DNA of 64,000 nt from Vicugna vicugna (GCA_013265495.1 MU058213.1:4712001-4776000), one strand, 5' to 3'; shown: positions 27,350 through 40,288, numbered from the stretch's first letter. Program-made: numbers and translations. The notes: generated by a model from the sequence alone, not told the origin.

Positions 27350-27770
27350 TATAATTAAAGAATGAAAATAAACAAATGAAGCATGCAAGTCAAGAAATTA
27401 GAAAATTAACCGAATAAAGGAAAGCAGAAGGAAATGATAATGATCAAACTAGAACTCAATAAACTGGAAAATGAAAAAAGAGGAAATGATAACTCTAAGA
27501 ACTAGTTCTCTAGGGGAACAACAATTTTAAAGAGTATATAGATGTATATTTTACCTGCATAATTAAGAAAGAGGTGAAGAAAGTACAAATAAAACTAAAT
27601 AATGAGAAATGGAGAGGAGATGGAATGATTTATACTTTGCAAAACTCTGTGCAAATAAATTCAAAAATGTGGATGAAGTAGATGCTTTTCTTGGACAGTA
27701 TGCTACCAGATGGACTCCAGAATAGAAAGAAAACTCAAAAAGGCCACTAACAGGGAAAGAAAAGAGACAG
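27350..27770 (+). mobile_element. Decayed L1 ORF2 fragment
   Basis: A-rich; aaactctgtgcaaataaattcaaaaatgtggatgaagtagat resembles the L1 ORF2 LYANKFENLDEMD region. Confidence 0.65.
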
Positions 27771-28669
27771 CTGTTTTCTGTGACCAGTTGTTTCTGCGTT
27801 TCCATGGCTGGCAGAGTCTTTCAGAGTGACAGAGGTGAATTTCTGGTGAGAACCTCAATGAGGGCTGGGTCTCCTGCCTGGTGATCGGAGGGCAGTCTCT
27901 GACAGGGGTGGCCACACACCAGAAAGGTGAAGTCAGTGGTTCTTGGCATTCGGACCCATCACAAGGTAAAGAGCCCAGAGTCTACAGTTTTTTTTAAAAT
28001 AACATTCTTCAGATCCTTATGTTACTTGGACTTTTTGGATTAAAAAAAGTTAGAAAATTATTTTTTATCATTTATTCTCATTGTTGGTCTCACATACAAC
28101 TGATTCCTTAAAGTAAAAATGTTTTAAACAGTACAGCCAAATAAATAATGATAAAGATTTCAAAGCAAGGTTGTGCATAAAGAAAAGGACTGTTTTGACA
28201 GGAAAATTAGGAGTATAGAAAAAAAGAAAAATGGTGAGCTTCAGAACGCCTTAGCTCTTAATTATTTTCATGGAAAAGTACCCTGGTCTCAAATGCTGGT
28301 AACTGGAACATCCGATTGGTTAAAAATAAATAGCATAAAGCGTGAGGAAACCAACTAAGGAAAAAAAAAGGTAACCAGCACAGCCCGTCAGCTAGAAACA
28401 ATAATTAAGCTCTGCCAGGTCATCTCACCAGCCATCCACCCTAAGGCCAGAGTTCAAGCCCAGTGTTGACAAACACCGCGGTCACGTGTGCCCACGGGCA
28501 TCCAGAAAGGCCTGCTGGGACAAGCATTTGGTTCTGAAGTGTCCTTGCTGTTTCAAGTGTTTTGTTTTCCTTGAACTTTGAGGTTTTCCCGCATCATTTA
28601 AACAGGTGTAATTCTAACTTAATGTCCTCTTTTTACTCCATCTTTCTCTGGTAGCGGGCACAGTGAACC

Positions 28670-30256
28670 ATGGAGCTGTATTTCGGGGAATATCAGCATG
28701 TGCAGCAGGAGTACGGTGTCCATCTGAGACTCGCAAGTGACGAAACCAAAAAATCCAGGAATTCCCAGTCCTCTAAGGCAGGCTCCTACGGTGTCAGTAT
28801 TCGGGTACAGGGGATTGATGGTCACCCCTACATAGTTCTCAATAATACAGAGCGGTGTCTGGCAGGTCCATCTTTTTCTGAAAACGGGCCATCATTTCCA
28901 CCTCCAGTGATGAATACCCCGCCTCTCCATTCCAGCAACGGCTGTGTGCTGGAGGAAAACAGTGCCGAAGAACTGGAGCTCCCAGAAAACCCATATGCCC
29001 AACCCAGTCCAGTAAGAAACCTGAAACAAGCCCCTCTCTTTGAGGGCAAGAATGGAGTTCTAGAACGCAAAGCAGAGCCAATGAAGCCATCTCCCGTGCT
29101 GAACTTTCAGAAGCATCCAGAGCTTTTACAGCCCTACGATCCCGAAAAGAATGAGTTGAACTTACAAAATCACCAGGCTCCTGAGAGTAATTGGCTAAAA
29201 ACGTTAACAGAAGACGGTACCAACAATAAAAAGGCCTGGACTTGCTCACCCAAACCTAGTCATTCCCAGCCTACCAGCCCTCCCTTGGAAGACGCGGCGA
29301 AATCCAGCACGACGGCCATTCGACTGTGCAGCTCCGTGATCATTGACGACCCCAAGAAGCAGACGTCCGTGTGCGTGAATGTTCAGAGCTGCAGTAAGGA
29401 AGGGCTGGCAGAGGACGCCCTTTCCCCTAGTGGGAGACCCCTACCTGCCCTCAGCCTGCACGCCCACCCCGAAGCCAAGAAAATCAGGCCCGATGTACTT
29501 CCCTTCCGGCGCCAGGACTCAGCTGGACCCGTCCTGGACGGAGCTCGGTCTCGCAGATCCTCCTCGTCGTCCACCACGCCCACTTCAGCCAACTCTTTGT
29601 ACAGATTTTTACTCGACGACCAAGAATGTGCCATCCACGCCGAAAACGTGAACCGACATGAAAACAGAAGATACATCCCCTTCTTGCCTGGAACTGGGCG
29701 GGATATTGATACGGGATCGATTCCTTGCGTGGATCAGTTAATTGAAAAATTCGACCAGAAACCTGGGCTGCAGAGAAGAGGCAGGTCCGGGAAGCGAAAC
29801 AGAATCAACCCTGAAGACAGGAAGAGGTCTCGAAGCGTGGATAGTGCCTTTCCTTTCGGTCTCCAGGGGAACTCGGAGTACCTGAATGAGTTTAGCAGGA
29901 ACCTGGGCAAGTCCAGTGAGCACCTGCTGCGGCCGTCACAGGTGTGCCCGCAGAGGGCGCAGGTGCAGGAGCACCGCGGGAGGCAGGGCGCCGGCCGCGC
30001 CTTCGCCAGGCTGCAGGGAGCCCAGCCCAGGCCGCCGCAGCCCCCGCAGAGCAAAGATGGGAAAGTTCCGGAAAACAGAGGTGGTCCGGAAAATCCGACT
30101 GTGCGCACATCTTCCCTCCCAGCACAGGCTAAGGAGGAGGAAATCAAGACGGCCACCGCTACGTTGATGCTACAGAATCGGGCACCAGCAACTTGCCCTG
30201 ATTCTGGTACCAAGCGGATTTCTGTGAAGACATTTACTTCCACCTCCAATACTCAG
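28670..30256 (+). CDS. CGNL1: CGNL1 first coding exon (exon 2; exon starts 28655, ATG 28670), N-terminal head domain, 529 codons
   Basis: ORF begins MELYFGEYQHVQQEYGVHLRLAS and contains GSYGVSIRVQGIDGHPYIVLNN, the cingulin-family ZO-1 interaction motif region. Acceptor tctttctctggtag at 28654, Kozak aaccATGG, donor CAG|gtaata after 30256 (phase 0). Confidence 0.97.
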
Positions 30257-31030
30257 GTAATACTGGTGGGAGTCTTTTTGTTCCTTCTAAATGATCTACA
30301 TCCTGGCTGTAGGAATGCATATCCTCCATCCTGAATCAGTAATTGCACTATATATATATATATAAAGTTTTTTTTTAAAGAGTTTTCCCGTAAATTATGA
30401 TCTACTGACAATCGTTTGGTTTTCTGAATTAATTCAACTACTGCTGGACTCCTGTTCTTGTTCTTGTCTGTAAAGTAACTTGTCAAACCCTTAAGAAGGC
30501 TTGATTTTTCTTTTCATGTATGTGTAAAATCTGAATGTATGCAGAGTTTGTTTCAAAAAACAAGAGACTCCATGCTTAGGTTTGTTTAGATGTGTTTGTT
30601 TTCCTCTTGATACAGAGTGACTGGGTTAATTTCTGTCCTGAGAAATTAGGTTAATCCTCATTCAGGTTTATCCTGAAGTGATGGAATTCATTTAAGTGGT
30701 ACATTTAGTGTTTTGGTATTTACAATAAAAAAATAATGATAATGATAAAAATGATAATAAGGTTGTTAAGTGCCTATCACTATGTGTTATGTATTATGCA
30801 CCAATGTGAAGGCAGGTACTATTTACAGGCCAGAACATAGGTGAGGAAAAGTTAAGTAACATGCCCAAGGTTATAGTTCTCCTAAGCGGTAGAACCAGTT
30901 GTAATGAGCATCCTTACCTGAGGAATCGTTTTTGGAAAGTAGGAATGTGTTTGGAAGTTTCTGCTGTGAGGTTTTTGTCTTCTTCCTGGAAACATCATCT
31001 GGTGATCTAATGACGGACATTGTGTTCCAG

Positions 31031-31125
31031 GCCACGCCGGATCTGTTAAAGGGCCAGCAAGAGCTCACTCAACAAACCAATGAGGAGACGGCCAAGCAGA
31101 TACTTTACAATTACCTCAAAGAAGG
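31031..31125 (+). CDS. CGNL1: CGNL1 exon 3 (95 nt): ATPDLLKGQQELTQQTNEETAKQILYNYLKEG
   Basis: Acceptor ttccag|, donor GG|gttagt; phase 0 to 2; peptide typical of cingulin/paracingulin. Confidence 0.95.
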
Positions 31126-32629
31126 GTTAGTGATTTTCCTTAAAGGAGCAAAGTATTGTCCTTTCTGGTGGGCCTCGTTAATTTTTTTGTGAGACCTTGT
31201 GTTTGCCCTCCCGTCCTGCCCTGTGTGAGCCATTTGCGGATTAGGACTCAATTGCCAGAGTTTTCACAACAGCTTTTAAGTCTTCGATGGAGGGGCTGAT
31301 GAGCAGAGGGAGGGAGGGGAGAGAAGAACGTCATACTTTAAAAGTTAAAAATGAATCTGTTTTAAAAATGACTCTTAACTGTTTCAGAAACAAATTCAAA
31401 GATAGGGAAGAATGTCTACTATGCAGTTTTGAATTCAGTCTGCCATCACCTTGAGTTCGTCTTGATGCACATGGGGGTAATCAGTCATCCCTCATTGAAG
31501 TTGCAAATAAAAACACCTCCTCCCCTCCCCAGAGTTGACTTTGGCTGGGAGCCCCTGCTTCCATTATTTTTAAAGCATGTATGAGTCATTGAAAATCAGT
31601 GCTTTCCACTTACTTATCTGGAAGGCTGAGTTGAAATAATCTGGTTTTCAGTCCATGCTTAGATACCAACTAAGCTGGAATTCTAGGCCAGGAATTTGAT
31701 GTTTCTGTTTCAATTCTCTCATTAGATATGATTAAAAAGAAAAAAATCTTTGTACTCTAACGTGACTGAAAGTCACTTGGCAGATACTTGGTATTAAAAC
31801 ACTTCATAGTTTTGTGTTGTGCCTTACAATTTTCTGTCAGTAATACAGAGCTGATAGAACAGTTCAAAATATAAGATAGAGGCTCTTTTGAGGAAAAAAA
31901 AAGTAAGTAGATTCTTTGAGCTGAGAACTAGTTATTAGTATCTTTCTGTGAAGGGTTTTACTATGTTAAAATTAAGGCAGAAGAACTTTTAACATTTAAA
32001 ATTCTCCCTCTACATTCTTTTATATTTTTGATCCATGATTTATTGAGAGACTGGTGAGACACACTTCAGTGGGAGGTATGTATTTAAGGAAACTTAAATT
32101 TCCTAAGTGCCAGGTATGTGTGATAGAGAGTGTGGTAGCGGTTAATGGAGCTTGATCTGACCATTATCTGTGACAGTCTAGACAAAGGGCAACCGTGTTG
32201 ACAACCTTGGCTTGGGGGATTTATTCTTTCCAACATAGACTAAAACAAGTTAAGATCACTGGATCATCCCTTGTGTGACACATGTCCAAGAAAAATTGCT
32301 TACTGGAGTGAATCTAAGTCGTTTGAATCAAGCAAGCAACAAATGACTAATTTTCACCAGATGTCTTCTCCACGCTTATTTAGAATGTTGTTGTGTCTCT
32401 GTCGCATGTTTGGAAATGGGAACCCCTCTCACAAATCAAATGGTAACATAGAACAATTTATTGGGAGAAAAATACCCATCCATCCTGCTCTCCTCTCACT
32501 GGTTGTGTCCACAGCCTTAATTAATTCATGTCTCTTATAATTTATTTTCTTAAAGGGCTTGCTGTTTGTGTTCTAAGACCAATGGTTGTGCCTTCACTGT
32601 TTTATTTTTTTCTGTTGCCTCTTTTCTAG

Positions 32630-32735
32630 AAGCACCGATAATGATGATGCTACTAAGAGGAAAGTCAACTTGGTCTTCGAGAAAATCCAGACTTTGAAGT
32701 CTCGAGCAGCCGGGAGCACACAAGGAAATAATCAA
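32630..32735 (+). CDS. CGNL1: CGNL1 exon 4 (106 nt): STDNDDATKRKVNLVFEKIQTLKSRAAGSTQGNNQ
   Basis: Long pyrimidine tract then ctag|, donor CAA|gtgagt; phase 2 to 0 continues the exon 3 frame. Confidence 0.95.
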
Positions 32736-33369
32736 GTGAGTCACAGCTTTGTGTTTTGTAGCAGGCATTTCACATGAAACGTGGCAAACAGATTGCTTTC
32801 TTCAGTCTGTATGTTTGGCCACAGCAGTTAAGGGGGAAGTTCCCTGAGTAGTGAGCAGAACCGATGATGGAAAAGCACGTTTTACATATTACTAATTTGC
32901 ACCCTGCCTTTTTTTCCAGAAAGGTTTTAATGAGTTTTATTTTTAAAAAAATCTCTAAAATAGAATGGGATGAGACAAGTAGGTGGTGAAATTTAGAAAG
33001 GCAAAAGAATAGGAGGAGTGAAGTGAAGCAACGGTGGGGAACCCGAGCATAATCATAGGCAGGTTCGGAAGGTAAGTGTGAACGGGCTTGGACCCAAGCT
33101 CTCAAACTTCACAGAGTAAGAAATTAGAGTCAGAGAGGAGCATACAAAGAGAGGCTGGTGGAGCTGACCAGCATGGGCAGAACGGAAAGGAAGGAGTGGA
33201 GTGGTGCCAAGTTCTTTTTTAAAAAAAAAAAAACTGCCTGCTTAATGTTTTATGCTGAATTTGAGTTGAGACTTGGAGATTTTTTTTGTTAAAGAAGGAG
33301 TCATCTCCTATTTGCTAGACATCCTTGGTGCCCTGAAAGGAAGCATTATTGAAGGGGAACGACTAAAGT

Positions 33370-33497
33370 CTTGTTCCTCAGTCCTGTACCAGCTTGAATT
33401 GGGATCCATTTCTTGCTTAAGCATTTTCCCTTTCCCCTTCTGGGAAAAGTTCTGCCCTGGAAGGAAGGAGATCCCAGATGCAGATAACAGGGAATTT
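33370..33497 (+). repeat. Intron 4 copy of the local repeat family
   Basis: cttgttc...agct...tcca...gcttaag...ttccctt...tgga...ata(a/c)caggg, collinear with copy 1021-1240. Confidence 0.65.
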
Positions 33498-34968
33498 GTC
33501 TATAGTTTCTTTTTTAACTTTGGAGGTATCTGAATAAAGGGTATTTTTAGGCATCAGCTACCCTTTTTTCTCTACTGTTCAGTATTCCTCTTGTGCTCAG
33601 CTGACCCATGATGCTGCTCTGGCATCAGATAAAACCATTTATTTATCCATATGTATAACATTAAAATGTATAGTTATATATAGGTATATTTTAAATATTT
33701 TGTATTTATTTTTAAAAGTAAAATATATATATAAATATTTTATGTATTAATCTAAACATATACACACAATTCCCACTGAGAAGTCTTTAAATTATACACC
33801 TTGTGTAATTATAGGCAAGCTTCAGGAGCTCTACACAGTTTTTAAAATTAGGTTAGAGGTTTTTTTTTTTGGCTAAATCCAAATGATCACCATGGCTCCT
33901 GCTTTTCATTTGCCTGCATATTCTCTTGGAGAATGCATCCTTCAGTCTTGATGTTAAGATTGTCACTGTGGTCCCAGACTAGGGGTATCCAGTCCAAACT
34001 AGGGAAGTCAGGATAGCCTTTCTGGAGTTGATAACACTCATGATGTCTCAAAAGATGATAGGGTTCTCCCAGAGAAGGGAAGGCAGGACATTCTAGGTAG
34101 AGGGAACAGCACAAACAAATATGAACTATAAAGAGGTGTGTTTGCCACGTCTAGGGGACTGGAGGTAATTTAGTGTGGCTGGAAGAGAGCCAGGATGTGG
34201 GGACCAGATAGGAAGCACCTTGTATATCCCGTCAGTTTCTATTTCAGACTGAAGGTGATGGGCTACCACTGATGGGCTTTCAACAGCAATGAATAGTGTC
34301 GTATTCATAAAAATTCATTCCTTTGCAGCTTTTGGAGAGAGGTATGATTAGAGGAGGGGAGACCAATTAAGAAGCTATTGCTTCTTAATCAAAAGAGAGA
34401 TAATAGAAAGATGGACTTAAGCTCTTAGACTTCTGGCTCTGATCACAGTGCCGTGACTGCTTAATTGCCCACTCCTCTTTTCTCTCATTTTGTGAATCTG
34501 ATTATTTGCTGGCAAAGGTTTTGGAATTTTACATTTTGTCGTCAGTTAAGTGATTTCCTGCAAGAAGACCCTTCCTTCTGGGCTAAAAGCATATAGGAAT
34601 GCAGCGAAGCAGGCAGTTTTTGTTTGGGAAAGAACAATGTACAATTTTCCTCATTGGGTTAGATTTATATTTCTAAAGTGGGTTGTTCTCATTTTGCCTA
34701 AGACTATTGGAAGTCCTATTTTTGTTGACTGTTGATTTCTGGTCTATTTCATAGGAGTAGATGAGGAAGTACCTCATTCTAAGTTCATGCATGACTCACA
34801 CTTGGATTCAAGTGCATGAGAGCCAGGACACTGCCTTTTTTTTCACATTAGCTGCATTTTATTCCAGCCTACATAAACCCATAGAAACTTTGTTTTCCTT
34901 TACTTTCTTTCCCACACCCCGTGTTTTTTTTTTTCCCAGTGCAGAATGAAGTGTTTTATTTGTGTTTC

Positions 34969-35998
34969 TTTTTTTTTTTTAACATTTTTATTGAGTTATA
35001 GTCATTTTACAATGTTGTGTCAAATTCCAGTGTAGAGCACAATTTTTCAGTTATACATGAACATACATATATTCATTGTCACATTTTTTCCGCTGTGAGC
35101 TACCACAAGATCTTGTATATATTTCCCTGTGCTATACAGTATAATCTTGTTTATCTAGTCTACATTTTGAAATCCCAGCCTGTCCCTTCCCACCCCCTCC
35201 CCCTTGGCAACCACAAGTTTGTATTCTATGTCTATGAGTCTGTTTCTGTTTTGTATTTTTTTTTTTTTAGATACCACATATGAGCGATCTCATAGTGTAT
35301 TTTTCTTTCTCTTTCTGGCTTGCTTCTCTTAGAATGACATTCCCCAGGGACATCCATGTTGCTGCAAATGGCGTTATGTTGTCAGTTTTTATGGCTGAAT
35401 AGTATTCCATTGTATAAGTATACCACATCTGTTGATGGACATTTAGGCTGTTTCCGTGTCTTGGCTATTGTGAATAGTGCTGCTATGAACATTGGGGTGC
35501 AGGTGTCATTTTGAGTAGGGTTCTTTCTGGATATATGCCCAGGAGCAGGATTCCTAGGTCATATGGTAAGCCTATTCCTAGTCTCTTGAGGAATCTCCAC
35601 ACTGTTTTCCACAGTGGCTGCACCAAACTGCATTCCTACCAGCAGTGTAGGAGGGTTCCCTTTTCTCCACAGCCTCTCCAGCATTTGTCATTTGTGGACT
35701 TCTGAATGATGGCCATTCTGACTAGTGTGAGGTGATACCTCATTGTAGTTCTGATTTACATTTCTCTGATAATTAGTGATACTGAGCATTTTTTCATGTG
35801 CCTATTGATCATTTGTATTTCTTCCTTGGAGAATTGCTTGTTTAGGTCTTTTGCCCATTTTTGGATTGGGTTGATTTTTTTTCTTATTAAGTCGTATGAG
35901 CTGCTTATATATTCTGGAGATCAAGCCTTTGTCAGTTTCATTTGCAAAAGTTTTCTACCATTCTGTAGGTTGTTGTTTTGTTTTACTTACGGTTTCCT
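34969..35998 (-). mobile_element. 5'-truncated young L1 (about 1 kb, ORF2 end, 3' UTR, polyA)
   Basis: PolyT then antisense L1 3' sequence; closely related to the copy at 6095. Confidence 0.92.
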
Positions 35999-35999
35999 T

Positions 36000-36147
36000 T
36001 TTTTTTTTTTAATAATTTTTTTTTGGCTGAGGGTGGAGATTTGGTTTGTTTGTTTGTTTATTTATTTTTAATGGAGGTACTGGGGATTGAACCCAGGACT
36101 TCATGCATGCTAAGCATGCACTCTACCACTTGAGCTATATCCTCCCC
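36000..36147 (-). mobile_element. tRNA-derived SINE (camelid Vic-1-like)
   Basis: Minus strand reads ggggaggatatagctcaagtggtagagtgcatgcttagcatgcatgaagtcctgggttcaatccccagtacctcc, with Pol III A/B boxes and an A-rich tail. Confidence 0.88.
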
Positions 36148-36164
36148 TTCCCTTTTCTCTTATC

Positions 36165-36457
36165 TTATTTTTTTATTGAAGTATAGTTGATTTACAATGT
36201 TAATTTTAGGTGTACAGCAAAGCAATTCAATTATACATATACATACATACATATATTTTCAGATTCTTTTCCATTACAACTTATTATAAGAAATTGAACA
36301 TAGTTCCCTGTGCTATATAGTAGGTCCTTGTTATTTATCTATTTTATGTATAGTAATATGTATCTGTTAATCCCAAACTCCTAATCTATCCCTTCCTCCC
36401 CTTCCCCACTGGTAACCACAGTTTGTTTTCTGTGTCTGTGAGTCTATTTGTGGTTAA
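36165..36457 (-). mobile_element. Older L1 3' UTR fragment
   Basis: tttattgaagtatagttgatttacaatgtt...ccctgtgctata...ggtaaccac motifs. Confidence 0.85.
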
Positions 36458-36864
36458 GACACTGCTTTTTCTAGTTTTGATTCCTGCTTCTATCTTCACC
36501 CCTCCCCTATTTGTAGTAACCCTTTTGAGAGTGTCATCCTGTTGTTAAATCCATGGGGGGAAAGTGAGATCCTATTAATATTCAATCAGGCTCCTCTCCC
36601 CATTATGGAAATGTAACACCTAAAAGAAGACAGTCAGTTTAGCCAACATACATGTATTTACTACTTGCGTGTAGCATATAGGTATATGCAGAAAGTGAGG
36701 TGTAAAAATCTCACTGGTAGTTAGCAGGGTAATAATCCCCAATGCTGTGAAAATTCTTTAACAGATGTATGTACCAAGGACCTTGGGAACACAGACATGG
36801 GCTTTGGGTATGACTTCACACAAAAGATGAGTCTTCAACAAATACTGATACTTACCTTTTTAAG

Positions 36865-37700
36865 CTGTTTTTATTGGGGTATAACTTACATAGTATAAAG
36901 TACACAAGTCTTACTGTATAGTTCATTGAAGTTTTAACAGGTATGTACCCATACAAACACCACCCAGATCAAGAAAACACACCCATCACCCCAGAAGCTT
37001 TTCTTGTGCCCCTTCCAAATCAATCACATCCCTTCCCTTCTGCAGTAATCACATTGTGACTTCTGTCTCATAAATTAACTTGACTTTTCTTGAGTTTTAT
37101 CGAAATAAAACTTTGCGATATTTACTCTTTTACGTCTGGCTTCATTTCTTAAACATTATGTCAGCAAGATTCATTAATGTTGCATTTATCAGAAGCTCCC
37201 TTTTACCGAAGTTTTCCATTGGATGAATCCACCATAGTATACACTCTTGATGGATATTTCCAGTATTTAGCTATTGTAAGTAAAGCTTCCGTGGACCTTC
37301 TTGTACATTTTTTTTTTTGATAAATACTATTCACTCATTTGGGTATATACCTAGATGTCAAATTACTGTGTCGTAAAGTAGGCCTATGTTTAGCTTTTAA
37401 GTACTGCCAGAAGCTTTTACAGAACGGTTGGAACCACCTATGCTCCCACCAGTAATGTGTGCCAGTTCTAGTAGTTTTATCCTTTCTAGCACTTAGACAC
37501 TCCGTTTGGTTCCATTGGTCTGCTTGTTTCTTGTGCTAATACCATACAGTTTTAATTACTGTAACTTTATAGTAAGCCTTGAAATCCGGTAATGCACATC
37601 CTCCAACTTCTTTCTTCAAGATTGTCTTGGCTGTTTTAGGTCTTCTGCCTTTCCATATAAACATTAGACTTACTTGTCAATTTCCATCAAAAATTGTTGT
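36865..37700 (-). mobile_element. Ancient L1M fragment(s)
   Basis: tttattggggtataacttacata...cacccagatcaag...tttcttcaagattgtcttggct motifs. Confidence 0.7.
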
Positions 37701-37963
37701 GTTGTACTGGACCAGTGTTGAGATATCTGACGAAATAATTCCTGTAACTGGGATAAGTGCTGTAAGGTAAAGTTCACGGGGCCTCCAAGGCTGGCATGAT
37801 TAACTCTGCCTGTGAAATCACAGAAGGGTCTCTGTAGGGGTTTACATTTGAATTGGATCGTAAGATGTTTAGTGTTACTGCTCTGATTATATTTTTGGGG
37901 AAAGAGAATTGAAATAAAGCATCTTGAACATTTAAATTAGGATATCTTTTCAATTAATCGTAG

Positions 37964-38065
37964 GCTTCTAATTCTTCATCTGAAGTCAAAGATCTCTTGG
38001 AACAGAAAAACAAGTTGATGACAGAAGTGGCTGAACTTCAGAGACAGCTTCAGTTGGAAGTCAAG
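37964..38065 (+). CDS. CGNL1: CGNL1 exon 5 (102 nt): ASNSSSEVKDLLEQKNKLMTEVAELQRQLQLEVK, start of coiled-coil rod
   Basis: Acceptor cgtag|, donor AAG|gtatca; in frame; heptad pattern. Confidence 0.93.
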
Positions 38066-38591
38066 GTATCAGATTTTTTCCTTAATGCCCTTTTTTTTTC
38101 ATTTCTATTATGCTTGATAAAGAATATTTTAAGCACCTTGGGATGCTCAAGTGAAGTGGAAATAAGATTTTTTTTTTCCTCGAAAGTAACATTACTCCCA
38201 GCACTGAGTACATTCCTGTATATTTAGTTTCTGCTGTCCAAAGAACTTATTTTTAAGTAACCAAAGCATACACAGACTGTTGGCTTTGACACACTAATAG
38301 AAACGCTGTTGGATTCAGGCAGCCTGATCAGAAACTAAATGTGTATGAAACATCTGGACTAAGTAAAAGTAATAGCAGAATGTGATCTAGCTGTGTTGGT
38401 GTTTACAGTTCACTAAGTATTTGGTGTTCTTTCTAGTTATGAACTCCTATGCCTTAATTACATAGTTCTGTTAAATTGTTTAATAATATAAGTGCAGGGA
38501 CATAGAATCCATCATAGATTAGAAGGAGGCTTCTGTGGGGTAACTTTAACGTACAGTGGAGGTACTTTAAAATCATCCATATTCATATTAG

Positions 38592-38740
38592 AATCAACAG
38601 AACATCAAAGAGGAGAGAGAGAGAATGAAAGCAAACTTAGAAGCGCTCCAAAGCCAACATGACAGTCAGGTGGAAGAGAACGCTGAGCTGCAGCGACGAC
38701 TGGAGGAGAGTGAAGGGGAGCTGCGGAGACACCTGGAGGA
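38592..38740 (+). CDS. CGNL1: CGNL1 exon 6 (149 nt): NQQNIKEERERMKANLEALQSQHDSQVEENAELQRRLEESEGELRRHLE
   Basis: Acceptor attag|, donor GA|gtaagt; phase 0 to 2; coiled-coil composition. Read manually because it is not in the ORF track. Confidence 0.92.
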
Positions 38741-39525
38741 GTAAGTTTGGGCCCAGACATGCCCTGCCTGGGTTCTTGCGCCCAGGGAGCCAGAACCTTT
38801 TTGTCCATTTAATACTACCCAGCCTTCCACCTATTTATAGGGGCTGCAGACCCTTCCTTTTCTCTTATTCTCATAAAATTGTAGACCTGGTGACATGTGT
38901 AGACTGGTAAGCAGAAGGGTTAACAATCTAAAAATTCTCTGTACACCTTAAAAGATGTTTTGTAAGGTTGCAGCCCTTAGAGTGGATCTCACAGCAGGTG
39001 GGTGAGAAGCAGGGAGTACCGAGTGGTGATATCTAAAGACAGATTTCAAGGAGCCTGGGTGCAGTCTTCAGATAGCACTTGTCACATGACCTCCACAGTC
39101 TCCCAGGGTCTGGGTTTTGTCTTGCGTGGTGCTGGTCATTGTGACTAGTGCTTATACTTCTTTTGATTCTGCAGAGAAAAAGTCAAGCCCGAGATGGTCC
39201 TGCCACTGTGTTGTATTAAACTCTGTGACAAAAGGATTTGAAATCAAAGTCTGAAAATGAACATTGCTATGAAGCCCGGTGGCCATGGCAGACACCTTAG
39301 GTGAAAGGTTAAGCAGGAGTGAAATCTAAAGGGAAATTAAAGAAAAGTACGACATTATATAATAAAAGCATTTGATTATCTTTGCCATTTTGATGATGTA
39401 GTGTTTGCAATTAAGACGTTCTTAGAGGTTAATTTCAGAAAAGAAGTTGGTAAGAAACAAAATTTAGAGTGCCGTGAAGATTTTACAAAATAAAGAGGTA
39501 GAATAGTTGTGAGTTTGATTTAGAG

Positions 39526-39743
39526 TAGAGATTGCTAAACTTTTCCTGTTAGGTAGTAAATGCTTTAGGATTTATGGGCCATATGGTCTTTGTTGGAACT
39601 GTTCAGTTCCACCATTGTATTGTGCAAACGACCATAAGCAATACATAAATGAATGAGCATGGCTGTGTTCCAATAAAACTTTATTTACAAAAGCAGGCAG
39701 TTGGCCAGACAGGCCCATGGGCCATAATTTGCTGACTCTTCTG
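39526..39743. mobile_element. MER58A-like hAT-Charlie MITE
   Basis: gaatgagcatggctgtgttccaataaaactttatttacaaaa core; 8-bp TSD at(t/c)tagag at 39518-39525 and 39744-39751. Confidence 0.82.
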
Positions 39744-40152
39744 ATCTAGAGTACTAGGGGTGGGGTCGGGGGGTAGGGTGTGGAGTGGTTTTAGTGAAAA
39801 CATTTATCAAAAAAGTTGTGCTCGTTGTGCTCTTTCCTTATTCTCTGTGTTTAAATGCTAGTACCTTTTGGTCTCCTTTTAGGGAGGGAATGTCACAGTG
39901 TAACCCTTCCCATTACATTGGTTTCAGTTCTCACTTTGTCTTGTTGCACAAATTAGACTGTAGACATGAGTTCTTACCAGTGGCTTTCTGATTTGTGACT
40001 TTTTTTTTTTTTTGTTCAGTGCAGAGCAGAGAATGGGAGGCTCCTTGGGGATTTAGATGGCTCTGCTTGACCATCTAAAGTTCTGAAAGGAGACTGGATG
40101 AAAATAAGCAGAGCCCAGTCTAATCTCTCTGATGGGCTTCCTTCCTTGCCAG

Positions 40153-40288
40153 GCTGTTCCAGGTGAAGATGGAACGGGAACAGCACCAGACGGAGATCAG
40201 AGATCTCCAGGACCAGCTCTCAGAAATGCATGATGAATTGGACAGTGCTAAGCGATCCGAAGACAGGGAGAAGGGGGCTCTGATTGAG
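40153..40288 (+). CDS. CGNL1: CGNL1 exon 7 (136 nt): LFQVKMEREQHQTEIRDLQDQLSEMHDELDSAKRSEDREKGALIE
   Basis: Acceptor cttccttgccag|, donor GAG|gtaagt; phase 2 to 0. Confidence 0.94.

Noticed and set aside
1..28654. CGNL1 promoter or exon 1
   Set aside because: No CpG island or convincing first exon in this stretch; presumed to lie upstream of the window.
28619..30249. Several antisense and alternate-frame ORFs over exon 2
   Set aside because: Shadow ORFs of a GC-rich coding exon with no independent support.
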